Positions 12,401 to 37,874 of a DNA stretch of 64,000 bases are shown one piece after another. Each line of letters begins with the position of its first letter. Position 1 is the first letter of the stretch. Where the stretch lies: NCBI GenBank assembly GCA_002269645.1, contig NIVC01002956.1:1-64000 (forward strand). The letters run 5' to 3'. This stretch comes from Macrostomum lignano (lineage: Eukaryota). A program made the translations under genes and the position numbers. Below the pieces are notes generated by a model. The model saw nothing but the letters and a program-made list of their open reading frames with translations. It did no database searches and was not told the DNA's origin.

Positions 12401-12488
12401 CTACTAAGCTCCCACTAAAAAGAGCCAACTGAACTTCCCTGACTGCTGCAGCATTTGTGAGTTCAACTCTCTCTGCATTTTCTGTCTC

Positions 12489-15400
12489 ATGGTGCCCACA
12501 CCGCGCAGTCTCAGAAGCAGAAGACCTGCTTCCGCCTCTGCTACAGCAGTGCTCTCAGAGAAGCAGCAGCAAGCGGCGGCAGCTCCCAGCGCTGCCAAGC
12601 GCCAGATAAAAGCAGACACAAAGAAGACTGTTCCAGACAAGAAGAAAGCCAGAAAGCAAAAACAACAGGCAGCCAGTGCTGCATCTCCGCAGCCTCCGAT
12701 GCAGCGGAAACTGCAGCCGGATCTGCTGCTTCTGGGCGCGCACGTCTCAGTGGCCGGCGGCCTGCACCGCGCCTTCGCTAACGCGCGCGCAATCGGCGCT
12801 GACAGCCTGGCGCTATTCGTGCGCAACCAGCGCCGATGGGAGTCGAAGCCGCTGCTGCCCGAGGAGGCCGCCGAGTTTCAGTCGGCGATGCGGAGCAGCG
12901 GTTTCAAGCCGGAGACTGCGCTGCCGCACGGCAGCTACCTCATCAACTGCGCCTCTCCCAATGCCGAGGTCAGGCGGCGCAGTCTGACGGCTTTGATCGA
13001 CGAGATGGACAGGTTGGAAATGCGTAGAAATTGGGAAATTTTCGCTCTGTGCGATCCTGTCCATTGCAGTGTGTTCATGTGCACTGGCTGATGATAATTT
13101 CCCCTGGATAACCAGCAGGGATTTCCCTTGAAAAACCAGAAGGGATTCCCTAGAGAGCCTGCAGGGATTTCCCTTGAAAAACCAGAAGGGATTCCTGAGA
13201 GCCAACAGGGATTCCCTAGAGAGCCAGCAGGGATTTCCCTTGAAAAACCGGAAGCGATTTCCTAGAGAGCCTGCAGGGATTTCCCTGAAAAACCAGAAGG
13301 GATTCCCTAGACAGCCAGCAGGGATTTCCCTTGAAAAACCATAAGGAATTCCCTAGAGAGCCTGCAGGGATTTCCCTTCACAAAACAGAAAGGATTCCCT
13401 AAAGAGCCAGCAGGGATTTCCCTTGAAAAACCAGAAGGGATTCCCTAGAGAGCCTGCAGTGATTTCCCTTGAAAAACCAGAAGGGATTCCTGAGAGCCAA
13501 CAGGGATTCCCTAGAGAGCCAGCAGGGATTTCCCTTGAAAAACCGGAAGCGATTTCCTAGAGAGCCTGCAGGGATTTCCCTGAAAAACCAGAAGGGATTC
13601 CCTAGACAGCCAGCAGGGATTTCCCTTGAAAAACCATAAGGAATTCCCTAGAGAGCCTGCAGGGATTTCCCTTCACAAAACAGAAAGGATTCCCTGGAGA
13701 GCCAGCAGGGATTTCCCTTGAAAAACCAGAAGGGATTCCCTGAAGATCCAACGGGGATTTCCCTTGAAAAACCAGAAGGGATTCCATGAAGAGCCAGCAG
13801 GGATTTCCCTTGAAAAACCAGAAGGGATTCCCTGAAGAGCCAACGGGGATTTCCCTTGAAAAACCAGAAGGGATTCCCTAGAGAGCCAGCAGGGATTACC
13901 CTAAAAACTGAGCTTCCACTGAGCTTCAATGTGAGTTTCAAACCTGCGATACGCGCGAGGAGCCGGGACCTTACCTGTGAACAAACGCGCTTGCAGTTCT
14001 ATTTAACTATTCAAATGCATTCTTTTCTTGCTACTCAAGAGTAGGCGAACTCTTTTTGGCATAACTGCCTGCCTCAACGCTGGCTGAGGGTGCCTTGATT
14101 TTCGGTAGTGTCCAACCCCCCCCCCCTCCCTCCGTGAATGATGGAGAGGACACTGGAGAAATGTACATTCCTTCTATTTATCAGCAAAGGGTATTTTACA
14201 ATTTTTATAAAGTGCCAATTTCCCATTCCCGTCAGGTGCCGCAGGCTGGGCCTCCAGCTGTACAATCTTCACCCCGGCTCAGCTGGTGCCGCTAATCCTG
14301 ACCGGCCGGTCGCCATTGAGCGTCTGGCCGATGCGCTGGCCGAGGCTCTGACTACAGTGCCCGACGTTTGCCTGGTGCTGGAGAACGCGGCAGGACAGGT
14401 GAGCCCCGGGTTCGGAATTCCCCTGTTCCCTGTGAATGAGTGTCCGCCCCCTTCCCCTGTTCCCTGTGAATGATTTCCCGCCCCCTTCCCCTGTTCCCTG
14501 TGAATGATTTCCCGCCCCCTTCCCCTGTTCCCTGTGAATGATTTCCCGCCCCCTTCCCCTGTTCCCTGTGAATGAGTGTCCGCCCCCTTCCCTGTTCCCT
14601 GTGAATGATTTCCCGCCCCCTTCCCCCGTTCCCTGTGAATGATTTCCCGCCCCCTTCCCCTGTTCCCTGTGAATGATTTCCCGCCCCCTTCCCCTGTTCC
14701 CTGTGAATGATTTCGCGCCCCCTTCCCCTGTTCCCTGTGAATGAGTGTCCGCCCCCTTCCCCTGTTCCCTGTGAATGAGTGTCCGCCCCCTTCCCCTGTT
14801 CCCTGTGAATGAGTATCCGCCCCCTTCCCCTGTTCCCTGTGAATGATTTCCCGCCCCCTTCCCCTGTTCCCTGTGAATGATTTCCCGCCCCCTTCCCCTG
14901 TTCCCTGTGAATGAGTGTCCGCCCCTTCCCTGTTCCCTGTGAATGATTTCCCGCCCCCTTCCCCTGTTCCCTGTGAATGAGTGTCCGCCCCCTTCCCCTG
15001 TTCCCTGTGAATGAGTGTCCGCCCCCTTCCCCTGTTCCCTGTGAATGATTTCCCGCCCCCTTCCCCTGTTCCCTGTGAATGATTTCCCGCCCCCTTCCCC
15101 TGTTCCCTGTGAATGATTTCCCGCCCCCTTCCCCTGTTCCCTGTGAATGATTTCCCGCCCCTTCCCCTGTTCCCTGTGAATGAGTGTCCGCCCCCTTCCC
15201 TGTTCCCTGTGAATGATTTCCCGCCCCCTTCCCTGTTCCCTGTGAATGATTTCCCGCCCCCTTCCCCTGTTACCTGTGAATGAGTGTCCGCCCCCTTCTA
15301 GCCTGGCTCCCCAGGCCGTGCTGTTCCCATTATCCAGCAAAAAAATCCCCAACTCCAAAACGCAGGGCGGCAGTCTGGGAGGCAGCTTCACCGAGCTCGG

Positions 15401-15833
15401 CGACATTCTGACCGCCGTCCGCGGCCGTCTGCCAGCAGCGACGGACGCCGACAGCCGGCTGGGCGTCTGCATCGACACCTGCCACGCCTTCGCCTACGGT
15501 TACGACCTCCGCTGCCGGGCCGGGCTCGACGCCGCCTTCGCAGAGCTGGCCGAGGCCCTCGGCCACCGGCCGCTGCTCCGCGGCCTTCACCTCAACGACT
15601 CCCGCGGCGGCCTCGGCTCTCGGGTCGATCGACACGCCGACATCGGCGACGGGCAGCTGGGCGCCGCGGCCTTCCGCCTGCTGCTGAGGCACCCGGCCGT
15701 CACGGCTGCGGCCGCGGCCCGCCCGCTGCCCATGGTGCTGGAGACGCCCGGGGTCGATCGGTACGGACTGCAGCTGGCCGCGCTGCGGGACCTGCTGCGG
15801 GACCCGGATGAGGAGGGCGATGGCCGAGAATGA
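12489..15833 (+). CDS. AP endonuclease family 2 (endonuclease IV / Nfo / APN1-like) with a basic low-complexity N-terminus
   Basis: Exons 12489-13012, 14236-14398 and 15366-15833. Motifs [44 protein letters not shown] and LETP together supply the nine Zn-ligand positions of endonuclease IV. The start codon is not certain. Confidence 0.92.
13095..13905. repeat. ~46-bp minisatellite in endonuclease IV intron 1
   Basis: Unit CAGCAGGGATTTCCCTTGAAAAACCAGAAGGGATTCCCTAGAGAGC, with a higher-order duplication. Confidence 0.93.
14420..15298. repeat. 34-bp minisatellite in endonuclease IV intron 2
   Basis: Unit TCCCTGTGAATGATTTCCCGCCCCCTTCCCCTGT. It explains the 399-aa spurious ORF 14279..15478. Confidence 0.95.
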
Positions 15834-15968
15834 TGAGGAGGGCGATGGCCGAGAATGATGAGGAGGGCGATGGCCGAGAATGATGAGGAGGGCGATGGCC
15901 GAGAATGATGAGGAGGGCAATGACCGAAAATGATGAGGAGGGCGATGGCCGAGAATGATGAGGAGGGC
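15807..15968. repeat. 25-bp tandem repeat spanning the endonuclease IV stop codon
   Basis: Six units of GATGAGGAGGGCGATGGCCGAGAAT plus a partial unit. The first unit is coding (DEEGDGRE). Confidence 0.92.
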
Positions 15969-16719
15969 CACAACGGGTATGACGGAAACTGTAGTATGGG
16001 GCTCAGTGGAATTAGAAGTATACTCGTAATTGGTGTTTGATTCTGAGGCATTCACACCTGCATTTTCAACCAAGAAAAAATTTTTTCAGTGTCCGATTTT
16101 AAAACCCCAAATGTCTACTTTTGTAAGTAGTTGATCTCGCAAGTAGTGTCATAGTTTCATTTAATTTACGATGACAGTGCTTCAAAAAATTAATCAATTC
16201 TCCCCCTTGCTCTGGAGTCGTGTTTTTTTTTAATTTATGGCCTGTGCTGACTTGTTTATTTTCTTCAAATTGAAAGGCAAAATAAAGCTTTAATGGGTGC
16301 CTCAGTGCCGACTGATTCGAGGCAGAAGTGGTTTTTAATCACCAAATTGATTAAGCAGTGAGCAGTCCTCTCCCAACTTGGCATCCAAAGACCAGCTAAA
16401 CAGAGTTGCTCGAATTTCGTTAATTGGCAAATTTTGGAGGGGGGGGGGTTCCGAGATCCAGCTGCCGCTCTTCACCCGAATTACAATTGCGTCACGTGAC
16501 TCTCCAGCTGCGACCGGTTATTGCAGTTTCACTTCTAGTGCGACCGGCTTCCGGCCATGCAGCTCCCACCGCCGCTGCACTTCCTCTGTCTGCGGCCTCC
16601 CCCGCCTTCCTGCCACAGTCTGCTGTCCAGGCGCTTGTACCGAAGCTCTGCCACCGATTGACCTCCTCTTTTTCTGTTCCCACTCCCCTGCGTCTGTGTG
16701 ACCCAATCACCCATCTCCG

Positions 16720-18390
16720 CGTCTGCAGATCCCCGATCCCATCCCTGTGCAATACCCCCAATCTCATTCATATCGATCCCATCTCCCCAATCACATCCCC
16801 AATCCCATCCCCGATCCCATATCACTGATCCCATCTCCTCGACCCCATCCCCATCCCCATCCCATCTCCTCGACCCCATCCCCATCCCCATCCCATCTCC
16901 CCTATCCCATCCCATCCCCATCCCATCTCCCCTATCCCATCCCATCCCCATCCCATCTCCCCTATCCCATCCCATCTCACCGATCCCATCCCCATCCCAT
17001 CTCCCTGATCCCATCCCCATCCCATCTCCCCGATCCCATCCCCATCCCATCTCCCCTATCCCATCCCATCTCACCGATCCCATCCCCATCCCATCTCACC
17101 GATCCCATCCCCATCCTATCTCCCCGATCCCATCCCCATCCCCATCCCATCTCCCTGATCCCATCCCCATCCCATCCCCGATCCCATATCACTGATCCCA
17201 TCTCCTCGACCCCATCCCCATCCCCATCCCATCTCCCTGATCCCATCCCCATCCCATCTCCCCAATCCCATCCCCGATCCCATATCACTGATCCCATCTC
17301 CTCGACCCCATCCCCATCCCCATCCCATCTCCCCTATCCCATCCCATCCCCATCCCATCTCCCCTATCCCATCCCATCTCACCGATCCCATCCCCATCCT
17401 ATCTCCCCGATCCCATCCCCATCCCATCTCCCTGATCCCATCCCCATCCCATCTCCCTGATCCCATCCCCATCCCATCTCCCCAATCCCATCCCCATCCC
17501 ATCTCCCCAATCACATCCCCAATCCCATCCCCGATCCCAAATCACTGATCCCATCTCCTCGATCCCATCCCCATCCCATCTTCCCGATCCCATCCCCATG
17601 CTATCTCACCGATCCCATCCCCATCCTATCTCCCCGATCCCATCCCCATCCCATCTCCCCTATCACATCCCCAATCCCATCCCCGATCCCAAATCACTGA
17701 TCCCATCTCCTCGATCCCATCCCCATCCCATCTCCTCGATCCCATCCCCATCCCATCTCCCCGATCCCATCCCCATCCCATATCACTGATCCCATCCCCG
17801 ATCCCATCCCCATCCCATCTCCCCGATCCCATCCCCATCCCATATCACTGATCCCATCCCCGATCCCATCCCCATCTCATCTCACCGATCCCATCCCCAT
17901 CCCCATCCCATCTCCCCGATCCCATCTCACCGATCCCATCCCCATCCCATATCACTGATCCCATCCCCGATCCCATCCCCATCTCATCTCCCCGATCCCA
18001 TCCCCATCCCCATCCCATCTCCCCGATCCCATCCCCATCCCATATCACTGATCCCATCCCCGATCCCATCCCCATCTCATCTCACCGATCCCATCCCCAT
18101 CCCATCTCCCCGATCCCATCCCCTATCCCATCCCGATCCCATCCCCGATCCCATTCCCATCCCATATCACTGATCCCATCCCCGATCCCATCCCCATGCC
18201 ATTTCACCGATCCCACCTCCAAACCCATCCCCGATCCAATCCCTATCCCATTTCACCGATCCCACCTCCAAACCCATCCCCGATCCTATTTCCCCGATAC
18301 TATATCACTGATCCCATCTTCCCAATCCCATCTCCGCGAACAAATCCCCGATCCCATCTCCCAGATACCATGCCCGATCCGATCTCCCCG
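16720..18390. repeat. Degenerate (CCCAT/CCCCAT/CCCGAT)n satellite, ~1.7 kb, G-rich on the minus strand
   Basis: Read directly. It produces many spurious PS/PIP- and GMG/WDG-rich ORFs. Confidence 0.95.
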
Positions 18391-18626
18391 GTGTTTCAAT
18401 TTCCTTTCTCTCGCGTCCTTCCCTCTCCCCAGTCCCATTGTTATATCGCGCATTCGGCCTCCCCACAGCGGATTTTCAGAGTCCCCATTGGCCCCCGCCC
18501 TGTTGCCATGGCTGCAGCAGCCGCATGCACCTGAGCTCGGCAGCGAGAGGCAGTAAAAATCCCAGCAGTTCCGGGTCGGTGCCGACCCCCCCCCCCCCCA
18601 AGTCGCCTGCAGCCCAGCCTGAGCCG

Positions 18627-18917
18627 ATGGCCGCCCGATGCCGCTCGCCAGCAGCCCGCCTGCTCCTGGCCGCCGCCGCCGCCGCCTGCTCCGCGCCACG
18701 GACAGCCGCAGCCAGCACTCCTGCCAGCCCGAGCGTGAGGCTGGAGTGGTGGAACTACTTCATCGTCGCCTGCTCCATCGGCCTGCTCTGCGTGGCCGTC
18801 ATTGTCTACTGCTACTGCAAGAAGAAGCGGCAGCCGGCTTTGTCCGGCGAGTCGCCGAATCCCCGGCGGGTGATTCGAGTTGGCAACATGGTTGGCAAGC
18901 TGAACCAGCTGGCCTAG
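18627..18917 (+). CDS. Small (96 aa) putative type I membrane protein of unknown family
   Basis: ATG at 18627, an Ala/Leu signal-like segment, a hydrophobic helix (WWNYFIVACSIGLLCVAVIVYCYC) and a stop-transfer KKKR. GC-rich codon usage matches neighbouring exons. Confidence 0.55.
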   Translation: MAARCRSPAARLLLAAAAAACSAPRTAAASTPASPSVRLEWWNYFIVACSIGLLCVAVIVYCYCKKKRQPALSGESPNPRRVIRVGNMVGKLNQLA

Positions 18918-19009
18918 GGGGCTGCAGGGCTCTGCGACACTGTTGAGGGTGAACTCGGACCAGGACGTGCCGGTTGGAGAGGATGGCGGCGACCCAGGGT
19001 TGAATGGGG

Positions 19010-19700
19010 AGATTGATTAGGGTGAAGGGTGAGAACTGAAAGGGATTAGGGGAGTGAATTAGAATGAGAAAGGATTAAAGGGCGAAGCGATCAGGATTAC
19101 ATAAGAAGGGATTAAAGTGAGAAGGGACTAGAGTGAAAAAGGATTAGAGTGATAAGGGACTTGAGAAGCAATTAGGGTAAGAAGGGACTAGAGTGAGAAG
19201 GGACTAGGGTGAGAAGGGACTAGGGTGAGAAGGGACTAGAGTGAGAAGGGACTAGAGTGAGAAGGGATTAGAGTGAGAAGGGATTGGGGTGAGAATGGAT
19301 CAGAGTGAGTAGGGACTAGAGTGAGAAGGGATTAGAGTGAGAAGGGATTAAGGGTGAGAAGGGACTAGAGTGAAAGGGATTAGAGTGAGAAGGGATTAGA
19401 GTGAGAAGGGATTAAGGGTGAGAAGCGACTAGAGTGAGAAGGGATTAGAGTGAGGAGGGATTAAGGGTGAGAAGCGACTAGAGTGAGAAGGGATTAGAGT
19501 GAGGAGGGATTAAGGGTGAGAAGGGACTAGGGTGAGAAGGGATTAGGTTGAGAATGGATCAGAGTGAGAAGGGACTAGAGTGAGAAGGGATTAGGGTGAG
19601 AATGGATCAGAGTGAGAAGGGATCAGAGTGAGAAGGGACTAGAGTGAGAAGGGATCAGAGTGAGAAGGGATTAGAGTGAGAAGGGATTAGAAGAGAAATG
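19010..19700. repeat. ~16-bp purine-rich minisatellite (AGAGTGAGAAGGGATT)n
   Basis: Read directly. Confidence 0.9.
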
Positions 19701-20663
19701 CCTGATAAAAGAGGTGAGAAGGAATTCGAATACGTTAGATGGGAGAGCATACTTAAAGTAATGACTTCTGCATGCAGTCGTGGATTTTGTTTATATTTTG
19801 TTCAACTCGCGTCCAGTTGTTTGCACGAGAAGGCTTCGCGTGCACACGGAGATATTTAGTAGCGATAAACCTTTTGCAGCTTCTGCCCTGTGCTTCATCC
19901 AGAAGTTCGCCTGTTAGTAACTCGACTTTCGTATGAGCTGATAAAATAAAGTTTTTAAGCTGGCTTAAGAAATTGATATTCTCTAATTTGTATATTTAAT
20001 GCTTTTGCATTATATTGTTTCTCAAAATCACATTGCCAATAAACAGAATAGAAAAATATCCAGCATTTTGATAGATAAAATGTGTCTCAAGCTTTAATGA
20101 AAAAGAAAAAGTAAAGCAAAAATTAGCCTGTAAATATAGATATAAGGAGTTCATAATAAGTAAAAGTTTGTAATAATCCATATTTCAAAGATCATATGCA
20201 TATATAGGCAAAAACGGTTACTCAGTGCATTGACCAGGGAGAACCGAATTCCGAGGTTTCAGATTTTAACAAAAAAAGAATAAAATAAAATCGGATTAAC
20301 AGCTGACCAGATGTGCGATAATAAAATAATTAAAACAGAAACTGTAAGTTATTGCTGAACATTTAAGCAGGATCAGAGAAGTGCATTATTTGCTACAAAG
20401 GCAGAGGGGCAGTCCGTGACCCAAGCTAAAGCAGAGTGAGAGGAAAAATCTGCTTGGGGAAGGCAAAGCCTGGCGCGTGCTGGTTGCTGGATGAGGCATC
20501 CGCGGGTCTCGGGGGAACAATTGAGCTGAAAAACTCGCAAACAGCACGAAGAGGGGAAGAGAGGAGACTGCATGGCTTCAGTTTGAGTCTTCAAGTTGAA
20601 AAAAATCAAGTATTGTTTGAATTCGCGCACAGTGCAGACTGCAGCGGACCGGGTTGCCCCAGC

Positions 20664-33535
<12,872 letters not shown>

Positions 33536-34712
33536 GATATCCAATTATTTTTCTAGTCCGAGGACTGATAATCTAAAGGAAATAATTATAGAAAAGCTCG
33601 AATTACTTTGATTACAAAAATGGAAACAATATCCGTGATGATAAAAACTTCAGAAAAGCTAAATCAAACCACTGCATTGCCACCGCAAATATTTAAAAAT
33701 AATTTTATATCATAAAATATAAAAGAAGAAAACGAATTTTGACTTCATTTTTTTATTTCTTAGTGTACGAAATCACAACTTAAACTATTTATGTTTTGCA
33801 AATCTAAGTTTGTTTTAATTATAAAAGTGCTAAGCCCGCCGTTTTTCATAGCTTTTCCCTGTTGCGTTGGCCTGCATGCATAAGTACATACTCCGAATGT
33901 AGGGTTAACTTTGGTTGGAAGAAAAAGAACATCAAGATATAAAAATAGAAGAAAAGTGACAGAAAATACAATTTCGTTTAAATTTAATGTAAAAATAGGA
34001 AATTTCTCAGAAATGGGAAATATTATAACCTCCATATATAGACGCGGACAAACCTATCCCCTAAATACGCAAGTTGCTTGTCTCAAGGCCTTAGTTTCTA
34101 TTACTTTTTAATATTTATTCACGTACACAATATCATGCAAATTCTGATTCGAGAACCATTACATGCATGTACATACCTTTTAGCAACGTAAACCCTTGGT
34201 CGTCCTTGAGTAAAATTTTCCGGTAGATCGAAATACCAAGTACTGTTACACGGGTATAAATGTGCGTGACGACTTTTAAGCGAAACAAAGCTCGTAATAC
34301 ATAAATCCAGATAAAACAACAGAAACACGATACTTGTACTGTTTTTTTTCTTGGCTCCAAATAAGATCTACGACCTACGTCTACATGTATATGCAAACTG
34401 TAAAGTAGTGGCGAAGCACTGTGATAAGGCGTGGATTGATTGCTTCCAACTCCCGCGAAAATATGATGGGGTTTTCGATGACCCACAAGTCACAAACAGT
34501 CCAAAGTCTGACCCAGTTCAACATTTCTTCATCTACAAAAACGTACTTTAGTCGTCCTTGCTGCTCTCTTCAAATTGATATATAAATACAGCAGAGTCGA
34601 CTACTACTACTCGATAAGCTCATGGATCCCTAAGTTATAGTGATCCAGATCTGGTCGACAGAATTGGCACAGTGCTGGCACTCAGTTCGATTCGGGACTG
34701 ACTGTTGGATCT

Positions 34713-36607
34713 CTATTCACCGGCCACCAGATAGTAGATTATGCTGCAATTGAAGCGGGGTGATCCTATGCAGAATTTTATATTTTAACCTAATTATTAA
34801 GCAATATTGGTAATATAACATAGGCCTATACAAAAGCTAGCAATGAGCTTTAGTATATTTTAATATCATTGTTCATTGATAGCAGTAAAACAAAGCACAG
34901 CATATCTTTTATTTCTATTTAAAGGGAAATCTGGTACTTTTTAGTTTTAGGGAGCGGGGTGGCAGATTCAGGCATTGAGTGAGCAGGGAGCGGTGTGGCA
35001 GATTCAGGCACTGTGGGGAGCAGGGAGCGGTGTGGCAGATCCAGGCACTGAGTGAGCGGGGGGCGGTGTGGCAGATTCAGGCACTGGGGGAGCAGGGAGC
35101 GATGGCAGATCCAGGCACTGGGGGAGCAGGGAGCGGTGTGGCAGATCCAGGCACTGAGTGAGCGGGGGGCGGTGTGGCAGATTCAGGCACTGGGGGAGCA
35201 GGGAGCGATGGCAGATCCAGGCACTGGGGGAGCAGGGAGCGGTGTGGCAGATCCAGGCACTGGGGGAGCAGGGAGCGGTGTGGCAGATTCAGGCACTGGG
35301 GGAGCAGGGAGCGGTGTGGCAGATTCAGGCACTGGGGGAGCAGGGAGCGGTGTGGCAGATTCAGGCACTGAGTGAGCGGGGGGCGGTGTGGCAGATTCAG
35401 GCACTGGGGGAGCAGGGAGCGATGGCAGATCCAGGCACTGGGGGAGCAGGGAGCGGTGTGGCAGATCCAGGCACTGGGGGAGCAGGGAGCGGTGTGGCAG
35501 ATTCAGGCACTGGGGGAGCAGGGAGCGGTGTGGCAGATTCAGGCACTGGGGGAGCAGGGAGCGGTGTGGCAGATTCAGGCACTGGGGGAGCAGGGAGCGG
35601 TGTGGCAGATTCAGGCACTGGGGGAGCAGGGAGCGGTGTGGCAGATTCAGGCACTGGGGGAGCAGGGAGCGGTGTGGCAGATTCAGGCACTGGGGGAGCA
35701 GGGAGCGGTGTGGCAGATCCAGGCACTGGGGGAGCAGGGAGCGGTGTGGCAGATTCAGGCACTGGGGGGAGCAGGGAGCGGTGTGGCAGATTCAGGCACT
35801 GGGGGAGCAGGGAGCGGTGTGGCAGATTCAGGCACTGGGGAGCAGGGAGCGGTGAGGCAGATTCAGGCACTGGGAGAGCAGGGAGCGGTGTGGCAGATTC
35901 AGGCACTGGGGAGCAGGGAGCGGTGTGGCAGATTCAGGCACTGGGAGAGCAGGGAGCGGTGTGGCAGATTCAGGCACTGGGAGAGCAGGGAGCGGTGTGG
36001 CAGATTCAGGCACTGGGGGAGCAGGGAGCGGTGTGGCAGATTCAGGCACTGGGGGGCAGGGAGCGGTGTGGCAGATTCAGGCACTGGGAGAGCAGGGAGC
36101 GATGTAGCAGATCCAGGCACTGTGGGGAGCAGGGAGCGGGGTGGCAGAATCAGGCACTGTGGGGAGCAGGGAGCGGTATGGCAGATTCAGACAGATAAAG
36201 TGAACCCAAACGCACCTGTACAGCAGGACAAAGAACAGAAGCAGGTAATGCACGAGCTTAAAGGTGCAAAAGTACATCGCCCGTTTAATATAGTTGCGAT
36301 TATTGATTTCGAACGGATCGAACAAGCCGATCTGACCTTTCGGCAGGGTTAAGCAGCGATAAATGAGGTAGCAGGGCAGAGGCGCTGACAGCAGGAACAG
36401 GACCCAGTGCAGGGTCAGCAGCAGCAGGATGGGCACAGCAGCGGCCACAGCAGCCTCCGGCCATACCCATTTGTTGAGCCGGTCGCAGGCTTCCCGAACA
36501 TTCAAATAGTCGCAGTCCAGATCGGAGAGGGTCATCAACAGGTAGACAGCCAGGAACAGGAGCGCCAGACTGCCGGCTAGGCAAAGGGACATTACCAGAA
36601 TTGACAT
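34713..36607 (-). CDS. CNIH4: Cornichon homolog 4 (COPII cargo receptor)
   Basis: Exons 36607-36216 and 34743-34713. Contains LMTLSDLDCDYLNVREACDRLNKWVWPE, LHWVLFLL, GLFDPFEINNR, KLVHYLLLFFVLLYS and IIYYLVAGE*. Confidence 0.92.
34763..34946. repeat. ~183-bp AT-rich interspersed repeat; second near-identical direct copy at 38689-38871
   Basis: Both copies run ATCCTATGCAGAATTTT...CTGGTACTTTTTAGTT with only a few differences. Confidence 0.9.
34950..36190. repeat. 36-bp minisatellite in the cornichon intron
   Basis: (GGGAGCGGTGTGGCAGATTCAGGCACTGGGGGAGCA)n. It explains the many ORFs at 34979-36352. Confidence 0.95.
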
Positions 36608-37874
36608 GTCTGCTTTGACCGCATGGAAATGTTGCATAATGATAATTTATAATCATGGATGAAACCCAGATAATACTGTTTACAATGTAACAAACAGTAT
36701 TAACATGTAAGAGTTTGAAATATAAATTTGAGCAATCTATTTGGATATTATTATATATTATTGCTAATTCTGTAATACTATTTGATGTACATTTTGCTGA
36801 AAATAAAACTTTTTAGCCTTTGTTTTAGTGTGTCCTGGTGTGCCTTGGTGTGTACTGATATGCCTTGGTATGTCCTGATATTATGTGGTTATCAGGATTA
36901 GGATTACTAATTTGCGTCTTAGTAATCCTAAAATCTTACCCAAAAGCAAAGCAAATAAGCATTAAGACAAATTTTATAAAATAAGTAGTCTAAACTAGTG
37001 CATTAAGCCCCAATGGGCCATTCAAATTCAAAATCCAAACATTAAAAGCAAGAAAAACATCATTTGACCAACTTCCAAATTTATTTTTTCACTGTTTGAA
37101 ATTTTATATATATACAGCAACATTGAAAAGTCGCCACTCTATGCACCAGTGATCAATTTCTCTTGGAATATTCTGCAATAAAAGATGCAAGAAAACTGAT
37201 TGGGGGCTTTAATCTATCCAACAAAACCCTTGCACCCCACTTCATTCCTCAACCCAAGCCTGCATTTGTTTTTGTTTTTCAAATAGTTGACTCACTAAGA
37301 ATTGGTATAAATTTTATATACCAATTGGCCAAATGAATCTGAATTAATTGGGCACATTAGCTACTGCCTCCAGCCCCCAGTGCAGTTTAGGGGGTTGATA
37401 AATTTCAGGCCAGCTTTTTAACCCCCTATGCACCCACTCTTTTATCATTTATCTATTAGATTGGTTGGTAAACAATAATAAAATTCAACCAACCACACAA
37501 ATTGTGCAAAGGATCATTGTGAATGTACAACCTACATTGTACATTGGTCAAGGAGAGGACTAAATGGTTGAATTGAACAATTAAATTTAGCAATAGAGCA
37601 TCCATTGGAAGCATTAAAAATAGTTTTTTGAATATTTGACCTACTTTCCATTAAAATTTTTCAACAAAAAAGTTATGCATGATTGTTGAAAAATTACAAT
37701 TTTTAATGCAAATTTGAAAAAAATTGGCCAGAGGGTTCTAAAAAATTAACAACAGATTGACTGACTGTCTGACTAACAAACAAACCTTAGAGATTTAGTA
37801 TATTTAGATTTTGTAAAATGGAGATAGAGATCTTGATAATAGAAAAGCCAAATTCAATCTTGATATGCTAATCT

